From: Fibrobacterota bacterium
GTDB taxonomy: Bacteria > Fibrobacterota > Fibrobacteria > UBA11236
Direction of reading: 5' to 3'
NCBI GenBank assembly: GCA_947482115.1
Contig: CANKII010000001.1
Coordinates: forward strand, 448,785 to 512,784
DNA length: 64,000 bases
Shown here: positions 17,780 to 27,539 of the stretch, one piece after another
Layout of the letters: each line of letters begins with the position of its first letter
Position numbering within the stretch: the first letter of the stretch is position 1
Program-made: the position numbers and the translations under genes
The notes under the pieces: generated by a model
The model's database searches: none
The model's input: the letters and a program-made list of their open reading frames with translations, nothing else
Told to the model about the DNA's origin: nothing

Positions 17780-18701
17780 AAAACAGAGACTCATTTTGGG
17801 AAGCCGCGGAAGCCCTCTCGCTTTGGCGCAGGCAACCATGATTAAAGGGGATTTGGAGGCCGCTCACAAGGGACTCGAAGTTCAACTGGAAATCATCAAG
17901 ACTTCCGGCGATACGGATCAAAGCACAAGGCTGGATTCCTTTCCGGCTTTCGGAGTGTTCGTCAAGGAAATTCAGGCTGCGCTTTTGAGCGGCAGAATCG
18001 ATGCTGCCGTGCATTCGCTCAAGGATGTGCCTGAGGACGAACCGGAAGAATTGATGCTGGCCGCCTTCCCCAAGCGCGAAGACGCCCGTGATGTGTTCGT
18101 TTCCAAGGGAACCCGGTTTCTGGATTTGCCCAAAGGTTCCAAAGTGGGAACAGGTTCACCGCGTCGCATTGTGCAATTGAAAGCCCTGCGCCCCGACATC
18201 CAGTTCATGCCCATACGCGGCAATGTGGATACGCGCATTTCCAAAATTGAAAAAGGGGATGTGGCTGGCATTATCCTGGCCGCAGCCGGTCTTCGCCGTC
18301 TCGGAAAAGCCTCGGTCATCACCCACAGTTTTTCCTTTGCGGAAAGCATTCCTGCCATTGGACAGGCCTCGCTCGCATTGGAATGTCGCGCAAACGACAA
18401 CCGGGTTCGCGACATTTTGGTGGCATTGGATGAACCTTTTACCGCCGATGCCGTGCAACTGGAACGGCAATTCATGCGTGTCGTGGGTGGAGGATGCAGC
18501 GTTCCGATGGCGGCGCATGCCTATCCTTACGGTTCCGGATTTCGTTTCATGGCGGTGATGGGTGACGTATCCACCGGGAAAATTGTGCGCATAGAGCGCG
18601 CTTTTGAACCCGAGAATGCGGAAGATGAAGTGGATGATATTGCAGAGGAATTGCTGGAGGAATGCCGGGCAAAAGGCATTCCCACACCTAAAAAGGCGTG
18701 A
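17769..18701 (+). CDS. hemC: porphobilinogen deaminase (hydroxymethylbilane synthase)
   Basis: MVTKKQRLILGSRGSPLALAQA...IKTSGD... family pattern; track ORF 17415.. is over-extended; true ATG 17769 overlaps hemA end. Confidence 0.9.
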   Translation: MVTKKQRLILGSRGSPLALAQATMIKGDLEAAHKGLEVQLEIIKTSGDTDQSTRLDSFPAFGVFVKEIQAALLSGRIDAAVHSLKDVPEDEPEELMLAAFPKREDARDVFVSKGTRFLDLPKGSKVGTGSPRRIVQLKALRPDIQFMPIRGNVDTRISKIEKGDVAGIILAAAGLRRLGKASVITHSFSFAESIPAIGQASLALECRANDNRVRDILVALDEPFTADAVQLERQFMRVVGGGCSVPMAAHAYPYGSGFRFMAVMGDVSTGKIVRIERAFEPENAEDEVDDIAEELLEECRAKGIPTPKKA

Positions 18702-18721
18702 TTCATTAAAAGGGGGATGTC

Positions 18722-19486
18722 GTGATTGATGTTCTCAACACAAGGCCGGAATCGCAGGCCGCAGAATTAAGTGAGTTGTTGAATCAAAACGGATATCATC
18801 CCGTTGAAATTCCCCTTGTGGAGCTGGTTTTAATCTCCGAAGGCTTGGCGACATTAACCCGGCTTTCATCCGATGAGTACGACGGTATTTTGCTTTCCTC
18901 CCCCAATTTGATTCCGCTGTTGGTTGAAATGAATGCGCCTGTTTTAAAGAAACTGGCGGCCAAGGAATGGTACTTGATCAGTAAACAGGCGCAGTTTCAA
19001 GTCGAAGCGATTGGCGGCAAGGTTGCCTTTGTTCCTAAAAACGCATCGTTGGAAGGTTTTTACAAGGAGTTTCCCGCACGGGCCGGCCTGCGCATTCTGC
19101 ATATTTGTTCGCGGGTGACCCGGCTCGATCCCAAGCTGTTTCTGGAACGCGGAATCACGGTTCGCAATCTTCCCATGTATACTCCGCATTGTCCCACGGG
19201 TGTCGCCTCCCAATTACAGGTCGTCTGGCCGCAGCTCCGCGCAGTTCTGTTTGCTTCGGGTTCGGCGGTGCAAAATCTGTTTACAGCGGATACCCAAAGA
19301 GCGAAGACCTTGGGATCCGAAAAAGGACCGTTGCCGATTTCCATTGGACCGAGTGCCACCGAAGCCTTGCTTGCGGAAGGAATCGAAAATTTCCGGCAGG
19401 CAGAAACTGCGGATAATGCCGGACTCGTTGCCGCGCTCAACAAGGAATTTCAAAACCCACCTCAGGAAGAACTTTCAGAATCATGA
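18722..19486 (+). CDS. hemD: uroporphyrinogen-III synthase
   Basis: 254 aa HemD-like (VLNTRPESQAAELSELL...), position between hemC and hemL; GTG start. Confidence 0.7.
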   Translation: MIDVLNTRPESQAAELSELLNQNGYHPVEIPLVELVLISEGLATLTRLSSDEYDGILLSSPNLIPLLVEMNAPVLKKLAAKEWYLISKQAQFQVEAIGGKVAFVPKNASLEGFYKEFPARAGLRILHICSRVTRLDPKLFLERGITVRNLPMYTPHCPTGVASQLQVVWPQLRAVLFASGSAVQNLFTADTQRAKTLGSEKGPLPISIGPSATEALLAEGIENFRQAETADNAGLVAALNKEFQNPPQEELSES

Positions 19487-20772
19487 CTCCAAGCCATCCT
19501 TCCCAGTCCGAACGCCATGCCCGTGCCCGCAAAGTGATTCCCGGTGGAGTCAATTCTCCGGTGCGTGCATTCAAATCTGTCGGTGGTTCTCCCGTGTTCG
19601 TCGCCTCCGCCAAAGGACCGTTTCTTTACGACGTGGATGGGAAGGAATACATCGACTTCGTCCTGTCATGGGGACCGATGATTTTGGGACACGCTCATCC
19701 TGCCGTTGTGGAAGCGGTACAAAAGGCGGCGGAGAAAGGTCTGAGCTTTGGTGCCTGCACGGATGGCGAAACGGAAATGGCGGAAGCCATTTGCAATTTG
19801 CTGCCTTCCGTGGAAAAAGTGCGACTGGTGTGCTCTGGAACCGAAGCTACCATGGCGGCGGTGCGTTTGGCGCGCGGTTATACGGGCCGGGAAAAGATCG
19901 TGAAATTTCGCGGTTGCTATCACGGACATGGCGACAGCTTTTTGGTGCAGGCCGGTTCCGGTGCCATGACGTTCGGAAATCCCAGCAGTCCCGGCGTCAC
20001 ACGCGGCTCAGCGCAGGATACCTTAATCGCCGAGTTCAACAATCTCGATTCGGTGAAAGCTTTGTTCGCCGAACAGGGATCGGAGATCGCCGCCATCATT
20101 GTGGAGCCTGTGGTGGGGAATATGGGGGTTCTCATTCCCGAACCCGGATTTCTTCAGGGCTTGCGTGAATTCTGCGACGGAAAGAAAACGCTGCTGATTT
20201 TTGATGAAGTAATGACTGGATTTCGTGTATCGTTGCAAGGCGCGCAAGGACGTTTTGGAATTAAACCCGACCTCACAACCATGGGGAAGGTGGTTGGTGG
20301 TGGTTTGCCTTTGGCGGCCTATGGTGGCCGCGCGGATATCATGGATATGCTGAGCCCTGAAGGGCCCGTATATCAAGCCGGAACCTTATCGGGAAATCCG
20401 CTGGCCGTGGCGGCGGGTTTGGCGACGTTGAAGGAAATATCCAAACCGGGATTTTATGATCGATTGGAAACCTTGAGCAATCGTTGGGAAAATGATTTAC
20501 GTACGGCACTGGAAAAAAGTCCGGTTCCCACTCAGGTGAATCGCGTTGGTGCGATGATGACCGTATTCTTCAGTACGAAATCGGTGCGCGACTATGATTC
20601 TGCAGTGGCCTGCGACACGGCGGCTTATGGCCGATTCTTCCAGGCCTGTTTAAGCGAAGGGCTTTATCTCGCGCCGTCGCAATTCGAAGCGGGATTCCTC
20701 TCCATCGCGCATGATGAATCCATTCTGGCGCGGGTGGCGGAAAAGACAGAACGGGCCGTAAAAAAAATCTGA
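19483..20772 (+). CDS. hemL: glutamate-1-semialdehyde 2,1-aminomutase
   Basis: 429 aa class-III aminotransferase, ARKVIPGGVNSPVRAFKSVGG, TMGKVVGGGLP (PLP-Lys). Confidence 0.9.
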   Translation: MTPSHPSQSERHARARKVIPGGVNSPVRAFKSVGGSPVFVASAKGPFLYDVDGKEYIDFVLSWGPMILGHAHPAVVEAVQKAAEKGLSFGACTDGETEMAEAICNLLPSVEKVRLVCSGTEATMAAVRLARGYTGREKIVKFRGCYHGHGDSFLVQAGSGAMTFGNPSSPGVTRGSAQDTLIAEFNNLDSVKALFAEQGSEIAAIIVEPVVGNMGVLIPEPGFLQGLREFCDGKKTLLIFDEVMTGFRVSLQGAQGRFGIKPDLTTMGKVVGGGLPLAAYGGRADIMDMLSPEGPVYQAGTLSGNPLAVAAGLATLKEISKPGFYDRLETLSNRWENDLRTALEKSPVPTQVNRVGAMMTVFFSTKSVRDYDSAVACDTAAYGRFFQACLSEGLYLAPSQFEAGFLSIAHDESILARVAEKTERAVKKI

Positions 20773-20784
20773 AAAATCGGGGAA

Positions 20785-21390
20785 TTATTTCTCTTTCAAC
20801 CACTTCGCAAAAAGTTCAACAGCTTTTCCCCGGTGGCTCATCGGGTTCTTTTCCTCCGGTTTCATTTCCCCAAAAGTCCGGGTTTCACCGTCCGGGATGA
20901 AAATGGGATCATAACCGAAACCGCCTGTGCCGCGTTCTTCCTTGGTAATCTCACCGGGGCAAAGTCCTTCAAAATATTGCGGCTCTTTTCCGGGTTCCAA
21001 AAAACACAGCACGCAAACGAAACGCGCGCGGCGATTGGTTTGATCGCCCAACACCGATAAAAGTTTGTGCCGGTTGTTACTGTCCTTAGCCCCGAGTCTT
21101 GCGTAACGCGCTGAGTAAACTCCGGGCGCTCCGTTCAACACTTCGACTTCCAAGCCGCTGTCATCCGCCAACACGGAATGAGGGACATGTGCAGCCACAG
21201 ATTGGGCTTTAATCAAGGCGTTTTCACGAAAGGTTTTTCCTGTTTCCTTCGGCTCTTTATCGTAACCCGCTTGCACAGCCGTCAGAACTTTATAACCCAA
21301 TGGTCCCAACAAATCCTGAAACTCCCGGGCTTTACCGGTGTTGCGTGTGGCAAGGACGATGATCTGGGTAATGGGAATCTCTTGGTCCAT
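20785..21390 (-). CDS. rdgB: non-canonical purine NTP pyrophosphatase RdgB/Ham1
   Basis: ILATRNTGKAREF..., FGYDPIF, HRGKA motifs. Confidence 0.85.
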   Translation of the reverse strand: MDQEIPITQIIVLATRNTGKAREFQDLLGPLGYKVLTAVQAGYDKEPKETGKTFRENALIKAQSVAAHVPHSVLADDSGLEVEVLNGAPGVYSARYARLGAKDSNNRHKLLSVLGDQTNRRARFVCVLCFLEPGKEPQYFEGLCPGEITKEERGTGGFGYDPIFIPDGETRTFGEMKPEEKNPMSHRGKAVELFAKWLKEK

Positions 21391-23919
21391 TTACCCAACC
21401 TTTGGTTTCAATACGAAGTTTACCAGCTTGCCCGGAACCGCAATGACCTTGACGACTTCCTGATCCGCGAGATAGGCTACGAATTTTTCATTGCCTCGTG
21501 CCTGCGCTTCCAGTTCTTCCTTGGAAAGATCCTTCGCCAGCATTTCACGGACGCGGACCTTGCCATTGGTTTGAAAGACGATTTCCACCGTGTCATCCAC
21601 AATCAATGCCGGGTCCCATTTTGGCCAGGGTTCATAGGACAAGGTTTCGGGGTGACCCAATTCCTGCCAAAGCTCTTCGGCAATATGAGGTGCGAAAGGG
21701 GACAACAACTTCGCCATGATTTCGGAAGTGTAGCGGTATGCGACTCCATCTTTTTCCAGTGACTCGGAAAGATCACTGGAATATACCATCATCGCGGAGA
21801 TGGCAGTATTGAAATGCAACTCATCCAGATCTTCGGTGACCTTCTTGATGCAACGATGCGCGGCTTTGAGCAAGGCTTCCGGCGGTTCACGATCCACCAC
21901 AGTTACCGAACTACGATCATCGCCAACAATCACGCGCCAAGCGCGGCTCAGGAAACGCCATTGGCCTTCAATGCCGGTGGTTTGCCACGGTTTCATGCGT
22001 TCCAGTGGACCCATGAACATTTCATACAGGCGCATGGCATCGGCGCCGTATTCTTCAATCACGTCATCCGGGTTCACCACGTTGCCACGCGATTTGGACA
22101 TTTTCTCGCCGTCTTCACCGAGAATCATTCCCTGATTCACCAGCTTGTGAAAAGGTTCCACGGTGGAGACATGGCCGAGATCGAACAACACCTTGTGCCA
22201 GAATCGGGCATACAGCAAATGCAATACGGCATGTTCCGCTCCGCCGATGTAAAGATCCACCGGCATCCAGTACTTTTCAATTTCGGGCGAACAGAATGCC
22301 TTGTCGTTATGCGGATCGAGATAACGCAGGAAGTACCAACTCGAACCGGCCCATTGCGGCATGGTGTTGAGCTCGCGTTTCTTCGCAGGCGAATACTGGA
22401 CCCAGTCCACAGCTTTGGAAAGCGGCGGTTCGAAAGTTCCATTGGGTTTATAATCCTCGACTTCGGGAAGATTCACCGGCAATTCGGAGTCCGGCAAAGT
22501 CTCCGGGCCGTTGGAACCGTGAACGATTGGGAAGGGTTCGCCCCAATACCGCTGGCGTGAGAACAACCAATCGCGCAGCTTGTATTGAATCTTCGCCTTG
22601 CCAAGTTTTTTTTCTTCCAGCCAGGTGTTGATGCACTTCTTGGCATCTTCAACTTTCAAGCCGTCGAGGAAAGAAGAATTCACCAGCGGTCCATCGCCGG
22701 TGTAGGCTTCCTTGGAAATATCTCCACCGGAGATCACTTCGATGATGGGAAGGTTCATCGCTTTTGCAAATGCATAATCGCGTTCGTCATGCGCAGGCAC
22801 CGCCATGATGGCTCCGGTGCCATAACCCATCATCACATAATCTGCGGTCCACACGGGAATGCGATTGCCGTTGACGGGATTGATGGCATAGCCGCCGGTG
22901 AACACGCCTGTCTTATCCTTGTCCATGCCGCGTTCCAAATCGCTTTTCGAACTTGCTTGCTTGCGATAGGATTCAACAGAGGATTTTTGCGCCTCGGAAG
23001 TGAGGATTTGAACGAAGGGGTGTTCGGGTGCAACCACCATGAAAGTGGCTCCGAATAAAGTGTCAGGCCGCGTCGTGAAAATGCGCAGGGATTCGATACG
23101 ATCCACGAGTTGGAAATCCACTTCCGCGCCTTCCGATCTTCCGATCCAGTTGCGCTGCATGCTCTTGATGGATTCAGACCAATCTAACGGTTCCAAATCA
23201 TTGATCAACCGTTCCGCATAGGCGGTGATGCGCAACATCCATTGACGCATTGGTCGCTTTTCACAAGGATGCGCTCCTCGCTCGGATTTTCCGTCAATAA
23301 CCTCTTCATTAGCTAATACGGTACCTAATGCTTCACACCACCAAACGGGGGCATTAGAGATGTAAGCGAGTCTTTGTCCATCCAAAAATTCATGGACGGC
23401 GCCTTCGCCCTGCTTTTTGATCTCTTCAGGAATAGGAAGTTCCGCAATGGGCCTGGCTTTTTGTTGTGTGGTGTCATACCAGCTTTCAAAAAGCTGTTTG
23501 AAGATCCACTGGGTCCACTTGAAATAATCGGGTTCACAGGTGCTTATTTCGCGATCCCAGTCATAACTGAAACCCAGCGCGCGGATTTGACGGCGAAAAT
23601 TATCGATGTTGCTGTTCGTGGTCGCTCGCGGATGGGTTCCGGTTTTGATGGCATGTTGCTCGGCGGGCAGGCCGAAGGCATCCCAACCCATCGGATGCAA
23701 AACATTGTGTCCGTTCATACGCTTGTAGCGGCACACGATGTCAGTGGCGGTATAGCCTTCAGGATGGCCCACATGCAGGCCGTTGCTGGAAGGGTAGGGG
23801 AACATGTCGAGGCAATAGAATTTGGGCTGGTCGGGCTTGATATCGGCCTTGAAAGTTTTGTGGTTCAGCCAATATTCCTGCCACTTGGGCTCGACCATTT
23901 TGGGATTATAACGAGGCAA
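21391..23919 (-). CDS. leuS: leucine--tRNA ligase
   Basis: 842 aa; HVGHPEGY (HIGH), KMSKS present, CP1 editing domain. Confidence 0.95.
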   Translation of the reverse strand: MPRYNPKMVEPKWQEYWLNHKTFKADIKPDQPKFYCLDMFPYPSSNGLHVGHPEGYTATDIVCRYKRMNGHNVLHPMGWDAFGLPAEQHAIKTGTHPRATTNSNIDNFRRQIRALGFSYDWDREISTCEPDYFKWTQWIFKQLFESWYDTTQQKARPIAELPIPEEIKKQGEGAVHEFLDGQRLAYISNAPVWWCEALGTVLANEEVIDGKSERGAHPCEKRPMRQWMLRITAYAERLINDLEPLDWSESIKSMQRNWIGRSEGAEVDFQLVDRIESLRIFTTRPDTLFGATFMVVAPEHPFVQILTSEAQKSSVESYRKQASSKSDLERGMDKDKTGVFTGGYAINPVNGNRIPVWTADYVMMGYGTGAIMAVPAHDERDYAFAKAMNLPIIEVISGGDISKEAYTGDGPLVNSSFLDGLKVEDAKKCINTWLEEKKLGKAKIQYKLRDWLFSRQRYWGEPFPIVHGSNGPETLPDSELPVNLPEVEDYKPNGTFEPPLSKAVDWVQYSPAKKRELNTMPQWAGSSWYFLRYLDPHNDKAFCSPEIEKYWMPVDLYIGGAEHAVLHLLYARFWHKVLFDLGHVSTVEPFHKLVNQGMILGEDGEKMSKSRGNVVNPDDVIEEYGADAMRLYEMFMGPLERMKPWQTTGIEGQWRFLSRAWRVIVGDDRSSVTVVDREPPEALLKAAHRCIKKVTEDLDELHFNTAISAMMVYSSDLSESLEKDGVAYRYTSEIMAKLLSPFAPHIAEELWQELGHPETLSYEPWPKWDPALIVDDTVEIVFQTNGKVRVREMLAKDLSKEELEAQARGNEKFVAYLADQEVVKVIAVPGKLVNFVLKPKVG

Positions 23920-24002
23920 TGTTCCGTCCTTTGTAAATCAGGGGAAAATGTAGATCGCTTCAAGTACATTTTTGCCCTCAAATAACGAGGACTGGGGAAA
24001 GC

Positions 24003-24977
24003 ATGCACTATCGCGATTTTGGCAAAACGGGGATGAAGGTTTCGGAAATCGGCTTCGGAGCCTGGGCTTTGGGCGATGAAAGCTGGTGGGGCAAGCAGGA
24101 CGACAAGGATTCGTTCAAGTCACTGGAACGCGCCTTGGAACTCGGTGTCAACTTCATCGACACGGCAGCCGTGTATGGTGATGGCAAAAGCGAAAAACTG
24201 ATTCGCGAGTTTCTGAAAACCCGAAAAGAGAAGGTGATTGTCTGCACCAAAACACCTCCGGCAACCGGAGTGTGGCGGCCCAATCCGTGGGAACGCTGGG
24301 AGGATGTTTACTCCGAAGCTTATCTGCGAAAAGACATTGAAGAACGGCTCACCAATCTGGGTGTGGATTGCCTCGATATTTTGGTGTTGCATACCTGGAC
24401 TCGGGCTTGGAACAAAGATCCGGGTCCATTGCTGGCGCTGGCCAAATTGAAAAAAGAAGGCAAGGTTCGCGCAATTGGAATTTCCACACCGGAGCATGAT
24501 CAGGATTCGGTGAACGGTCCCATCCGCGATGGTTTGGTGGATGCGATTCAGGTGATTTACAATCTGTTCGATCAAGAACCAGCGGCGGAGCTTTTGCCAT
24601 CGGCAAAAGAAAAAGGCGTGGGCATCATTATCCGCGTGGCGTTTGACGAAGGTTCGTTGACGGGCAAATACAACAAGGAAACGAAATTTCCCGCCGGGGA
24701 TTTCCGCGGTGAATATTTCAAAGGTGAGCGTCTGGGAGACATGGTGGATCGCGTGGATGCCATCAAGGCGGATTTGGTGGGCAGTGGCTATACCGTGCCT
24801 CAAGCTGCGCTGCTTTACACCTTGGCCAATCCCGCCACCTCGGTGGTGATTCCCGGTATTCGCAATGTGGCACAGGCGGAGATGAACGTCGGCGTTTCAC
24901 ATCTGCCACCGATGCCGGAAGTTTTGCAGGTTAAACTGCGGAAGCATGCATGGCGCAGAGGCGTGTGGTATCCGTAA
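24003..24977 (+). CDS. aldo/keto reductase
   Basis: 324 aa AKR fold (MHYRDFGKTGMKVSEIGFGAWALG..., NFIDTAAVYG). Confidence 0.85.
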   Translation: MHYRDFGKTGMKVSEIGFGAWALGDESWWGKQDDKDSFKSLERALELGVNFIDTAAVYGDGKSEKLIREFLKTRKEKVIVCTKTPPATGVWRPNPWERWEDVYSEAYLRKDIEERLTNLGVDCLDILVLHTWTRAWNKDPGPLLALAKLKKEGKVRAIGISTPEHDQDSVNGPIRDGLVDAIQVIYNLFDQEPAAELLPSAKEKGVGIIIRVAFDEGSLTGKYNKETKFPAGDFRGEYFKGERLGDMVDRVDAIKADLVGSGYTVPQAALLYTLANPATSVVIPGIRNVAQAEMNVGVSHLPPMPEVLQVKLRKHAWRRGVWYP

Positions 24978-24993
24978 AATATCGAGGGAAACA

Positions 24994-25392
24994 ATGAGAA
25001 TTAAGCGAACATTTTTTCTTGCCGCACTGATTGAGGTTGTGATTATTTCCGGTTGCGCATGCCCGAAGCGAAATATCCAACAACATGAAAAACCCATTCA
25101 AGTCGAGATTGCCACAAATGAAAGTCAGAAGGCAAAACCGAATCCCATCGAGGAAAAAGGAAATCTGTTTCGCGAAAGCTGGACGAAGTTGCGAACAGGA
25201 ATGACGGTCGGAGAGTTAACCCGGCTTTTTGGTTCGGAATTGGGTTTGAGTTATTGCAACCAGCCCAGCGCCTGTCAATGGTCTCCCAAGTTGACTTATT
25301 ACGGTTTTCCGGAAATTAAAGCAGAGATCACCTTCAAGTTCGAAGGCGGCAAGTTGACGGACTGGTCACCAAAGGTCCTGCCGCCCAAGTAA
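24994..25392 (+). CDS. small lipoprotein, possibly BamE/SmpA_OmlA-like
   Basis: Signal peptide + lipobox (IISGCA); ~130 aa; weak BamE-like pattern (TGMTVGELTRLFG...). Confidence 0.4.
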   Translation: MRIKRTFFLAALIEVVIISGCACPKRNIQQHEKPIQVEIATNESQKAKPNPIEEKGNLFRESWTKLRTGMTVGELTRLFGSELGLSYCNQPSACQWSPKLTYYGFPEIKAEITFKFEGGKLTDWSPKVLPPK

Positions 25393-25412
25393 TGCGACTT
25401 GCTTCGTGGGAT

Positions 25413-27455
25413 TTAAGGCGAGTAAACCATTCTGTGGGTAATGGAACCAGACTGTTTGCCATCAAAGTCCTGTCCTGTCATCCGGACAAGATAAAGGCCA
25501 CGCGCAGGGCGGCTGCCATTCGAAGCCAAACCGTTCCAGACAAGAATATTCCGCTGACTTCCAATTTCAATCCGGCTTTCCCAAACCTTCATTCCCTTCA
25601 TATCCAGAATTTCAATCTTGCCACAGGTAGCATTTCCTTTGGGCAGGGCAAACACAATCGCTGATGATCCCGGAATTTTAAGGGTGAAAGATCGGGAACC
25701 TGGTTGTTTTAAAATATCCACCGGGTTGACCACTACGGCAAAAATCAGGGTACTCTTTGTATTTCCCGTCGAATTGGTCACAGTGACAGTATAACCGGCC
25801 GCAGAAACCGGTGTGGTAGGAGTGCCGGAAATAATTCCAGTGCTTGAATTCAGGATCAATCCCGTCGGAAGTGCTGGACTCACAGTGTAAGTGAGTGGAG
25901 TACTTCCTGTAACTGTGGGAATGTTCTGAGAGATCGGATTTCCGACGATGTACAAAGCCGTTGGCGAGGAATATGAAAGATTTGTGGGAGGTGTGTTCGG
26001 TACTGGTGGCATGCCCACAATCAAGGGAAATCCGAGTCCCAGAACCAAATCATTCGATACGCGCACTTCATCAACCTTGCCGCTGAACTGATAATTATCC
26101 CGGCCATTATTGCCCACAAAAAAAGGTCCTGTGGAAACACGGAAAGGATCGGTTACCGGGTTGTTGGTGCCATTACTGTAAAGCTGAAAGGGCGTTCCAT
26201 CGATGTAGCCGTAGGCCTGTCCATTGGATTGATCAAAAGCAATCGCGATGTCCACCCAGCGATTCCGGGGAACGATTCCGTCCACACTCCATTCCCGAAT
26301 CCAATAACCCGTGCCGTTCCTAACCTTTTGGCCATCGGCTTCCAAACGACCGTTCGGGTCAACTACCAAAATGAGGCCGTCGTAAGTACCCATTAGCCAG
26401 CCACCCTGCCCTGGGGTCAAATAAACCCGTGCTTCAAAGGTCATTTTACCGGTGGCGCCAATCGTCAAAGCACTTGCATAGGCATGAGTCAGATAGCTGT
26501 TGGCAATCGTCGCGGTGCCGGTAAAGATGCCGGCGGAATCATAAGGAGAAGAGGTTAATGCGAAATTATTGGCGTTTGACAAACTAAAGGCATTGGGACT
26601 CAAGTCTGTGAATGTGCCGCTGTTGTGGGAGGCAAATGACCACAGTGCCACTGTCGAAGAGTTGAGGGGAAAATGGGTCTGTGTAGCAGGGGGAGAGCCG
26701 ACGATTAAAGGTAAACCAGCCCCCAATATCAAATCATTTGAAACACGGATTTCGTCAATGGTTCCGCTGAATTGATAACTCAGATCCCTACCATTATTGC
26801 CTACGAAAAAGCTGCCTGTTGAAACTCGGAAAGGATCGGTTATGGGATTGCTGGTCCCCGTGCTGTAAAGCTGAATGGGAACTCCATCAATATATCCGTA
26901 AGCCTGTCCCGTGGACTGATCGAAAGCAACCGAGAGATCAAACCATCGATTCAAGGGCACGATTCCAGGAGGACTTACCTCCTGTATCCAATAGCCCGTC
27001 CCATTCCTCACCTTTTGTCCTGCCGCTTGAAAATGGCCGTCCGAACCTATTTGCAGGCTGACGCCATCGTAGGTTCCAATCACCCAGCCACCAAAGTTAC
27101 CCGCACCGCTTTGACCTGGTTTTAAAAACATGCGAACTTCATAGGTTATTCTACCCGTACCCGCGATCGTGAGTGCGCTGGCATTCGCATGGGACAGATA
27201 GCTGGCCGAAAGCGATGCGGAACCCGTAAACACCACGGCAGAATCACTGGGAGATGCCGTTAACGCAAAATTATTGGCACTAGACAAGCTATTACCATTT
27301 GGACTCGAATCAGTGAACGTGTTTCCCACGCGAGAACTAAATGTCCATAGGGCTACGGTGTTAGAATTCACAGTAAAATGTGTGGCACACCAGCTTGGAT
27401 TCGAAACTACGAACAGGGTCAATGTGGATACCAGAATCGATTTCATAGCAGACAT
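25413..27455 (-). CDS. T9SS C-terminal-domain cargo protein with two LamG/concanavalin-like domains and an Ig-like repeat
   Basis: Signal peptide MKSILVSTLTLFVVS; two LamG_3-like domains (FDQSTGQAYGYIDG...IDEIRVSN; second ...VDEVRVSN); C-terminal ~80 aa sorting domain ...LYLVRMTGQDFDGKQSGSITHRMVYSP; track ORF start 27530 likely over-extended. Confidence 0.7.
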   Translation of the reverse strand: MSAMKSILVSTLTLFVVSNPSWCATHFTVNSNTVALWTFSSRVGNTFTDSSPNGNSLSSANNFALTASPSDSAVVFTGSASLSASYLSHANASALTIAGTGRITYEVRMFLKPGQSGAGNFGGWVIGTYDGVSLQIGSDGHFQAAGQKVRNGTGYWIQEVSPPGIVPLNRWFDLSVAFDQSTGQAYGYIDGVPIQLYSTGTSNPITDPFRVSTGSFFVGNNGRDLSYQFSGTIDEIRVSNDLILGAGLPLIVGSPPATQTHFPLNSSTVALWSFASHNSGTFTDLSPNAFSLSNANNFALTSSPYDSAGIFTGTATIANSYLTHAYASALTIGATGKMTFEARVYLTPGQGGWLMGTYDGLILVVDPNGRLEADGQKVRNGTGYWIREWSVDGIVPRNRWVDIAIAFDQSNGQAYGYIDGTPFQLYSNGTNNPVTDPFRVSTGPFFVGNNGRDNYQFSGKVDEVRVSNDLVLGLGFPLIVGMPPVPNTPPTNLSYSSPTALYIVGNPISQNIPTVTGSTPLTYTVSPALPTGLILNSSTGIISGTPTTPVSAAGYTVTVTNSTGNTKSTLIFAVVVNPVDILKQPGSRSFTLKIPGSSAIVFALPKGNATCGKIEILDMKGMKVWESRIEIGSQRNILVWNGLASNGSRPARGLYLVRMTGQDFDGKQSGSITHRMVYSP

Positions 27456-27539
27456 GGTAACCTCGCTTTTCCTTATGACAAGCCCTAACCCAGATTTAAT
27501 TTCGCTTCGTTTCTGCAAAAATGTTGGCAAATTCGGCGC

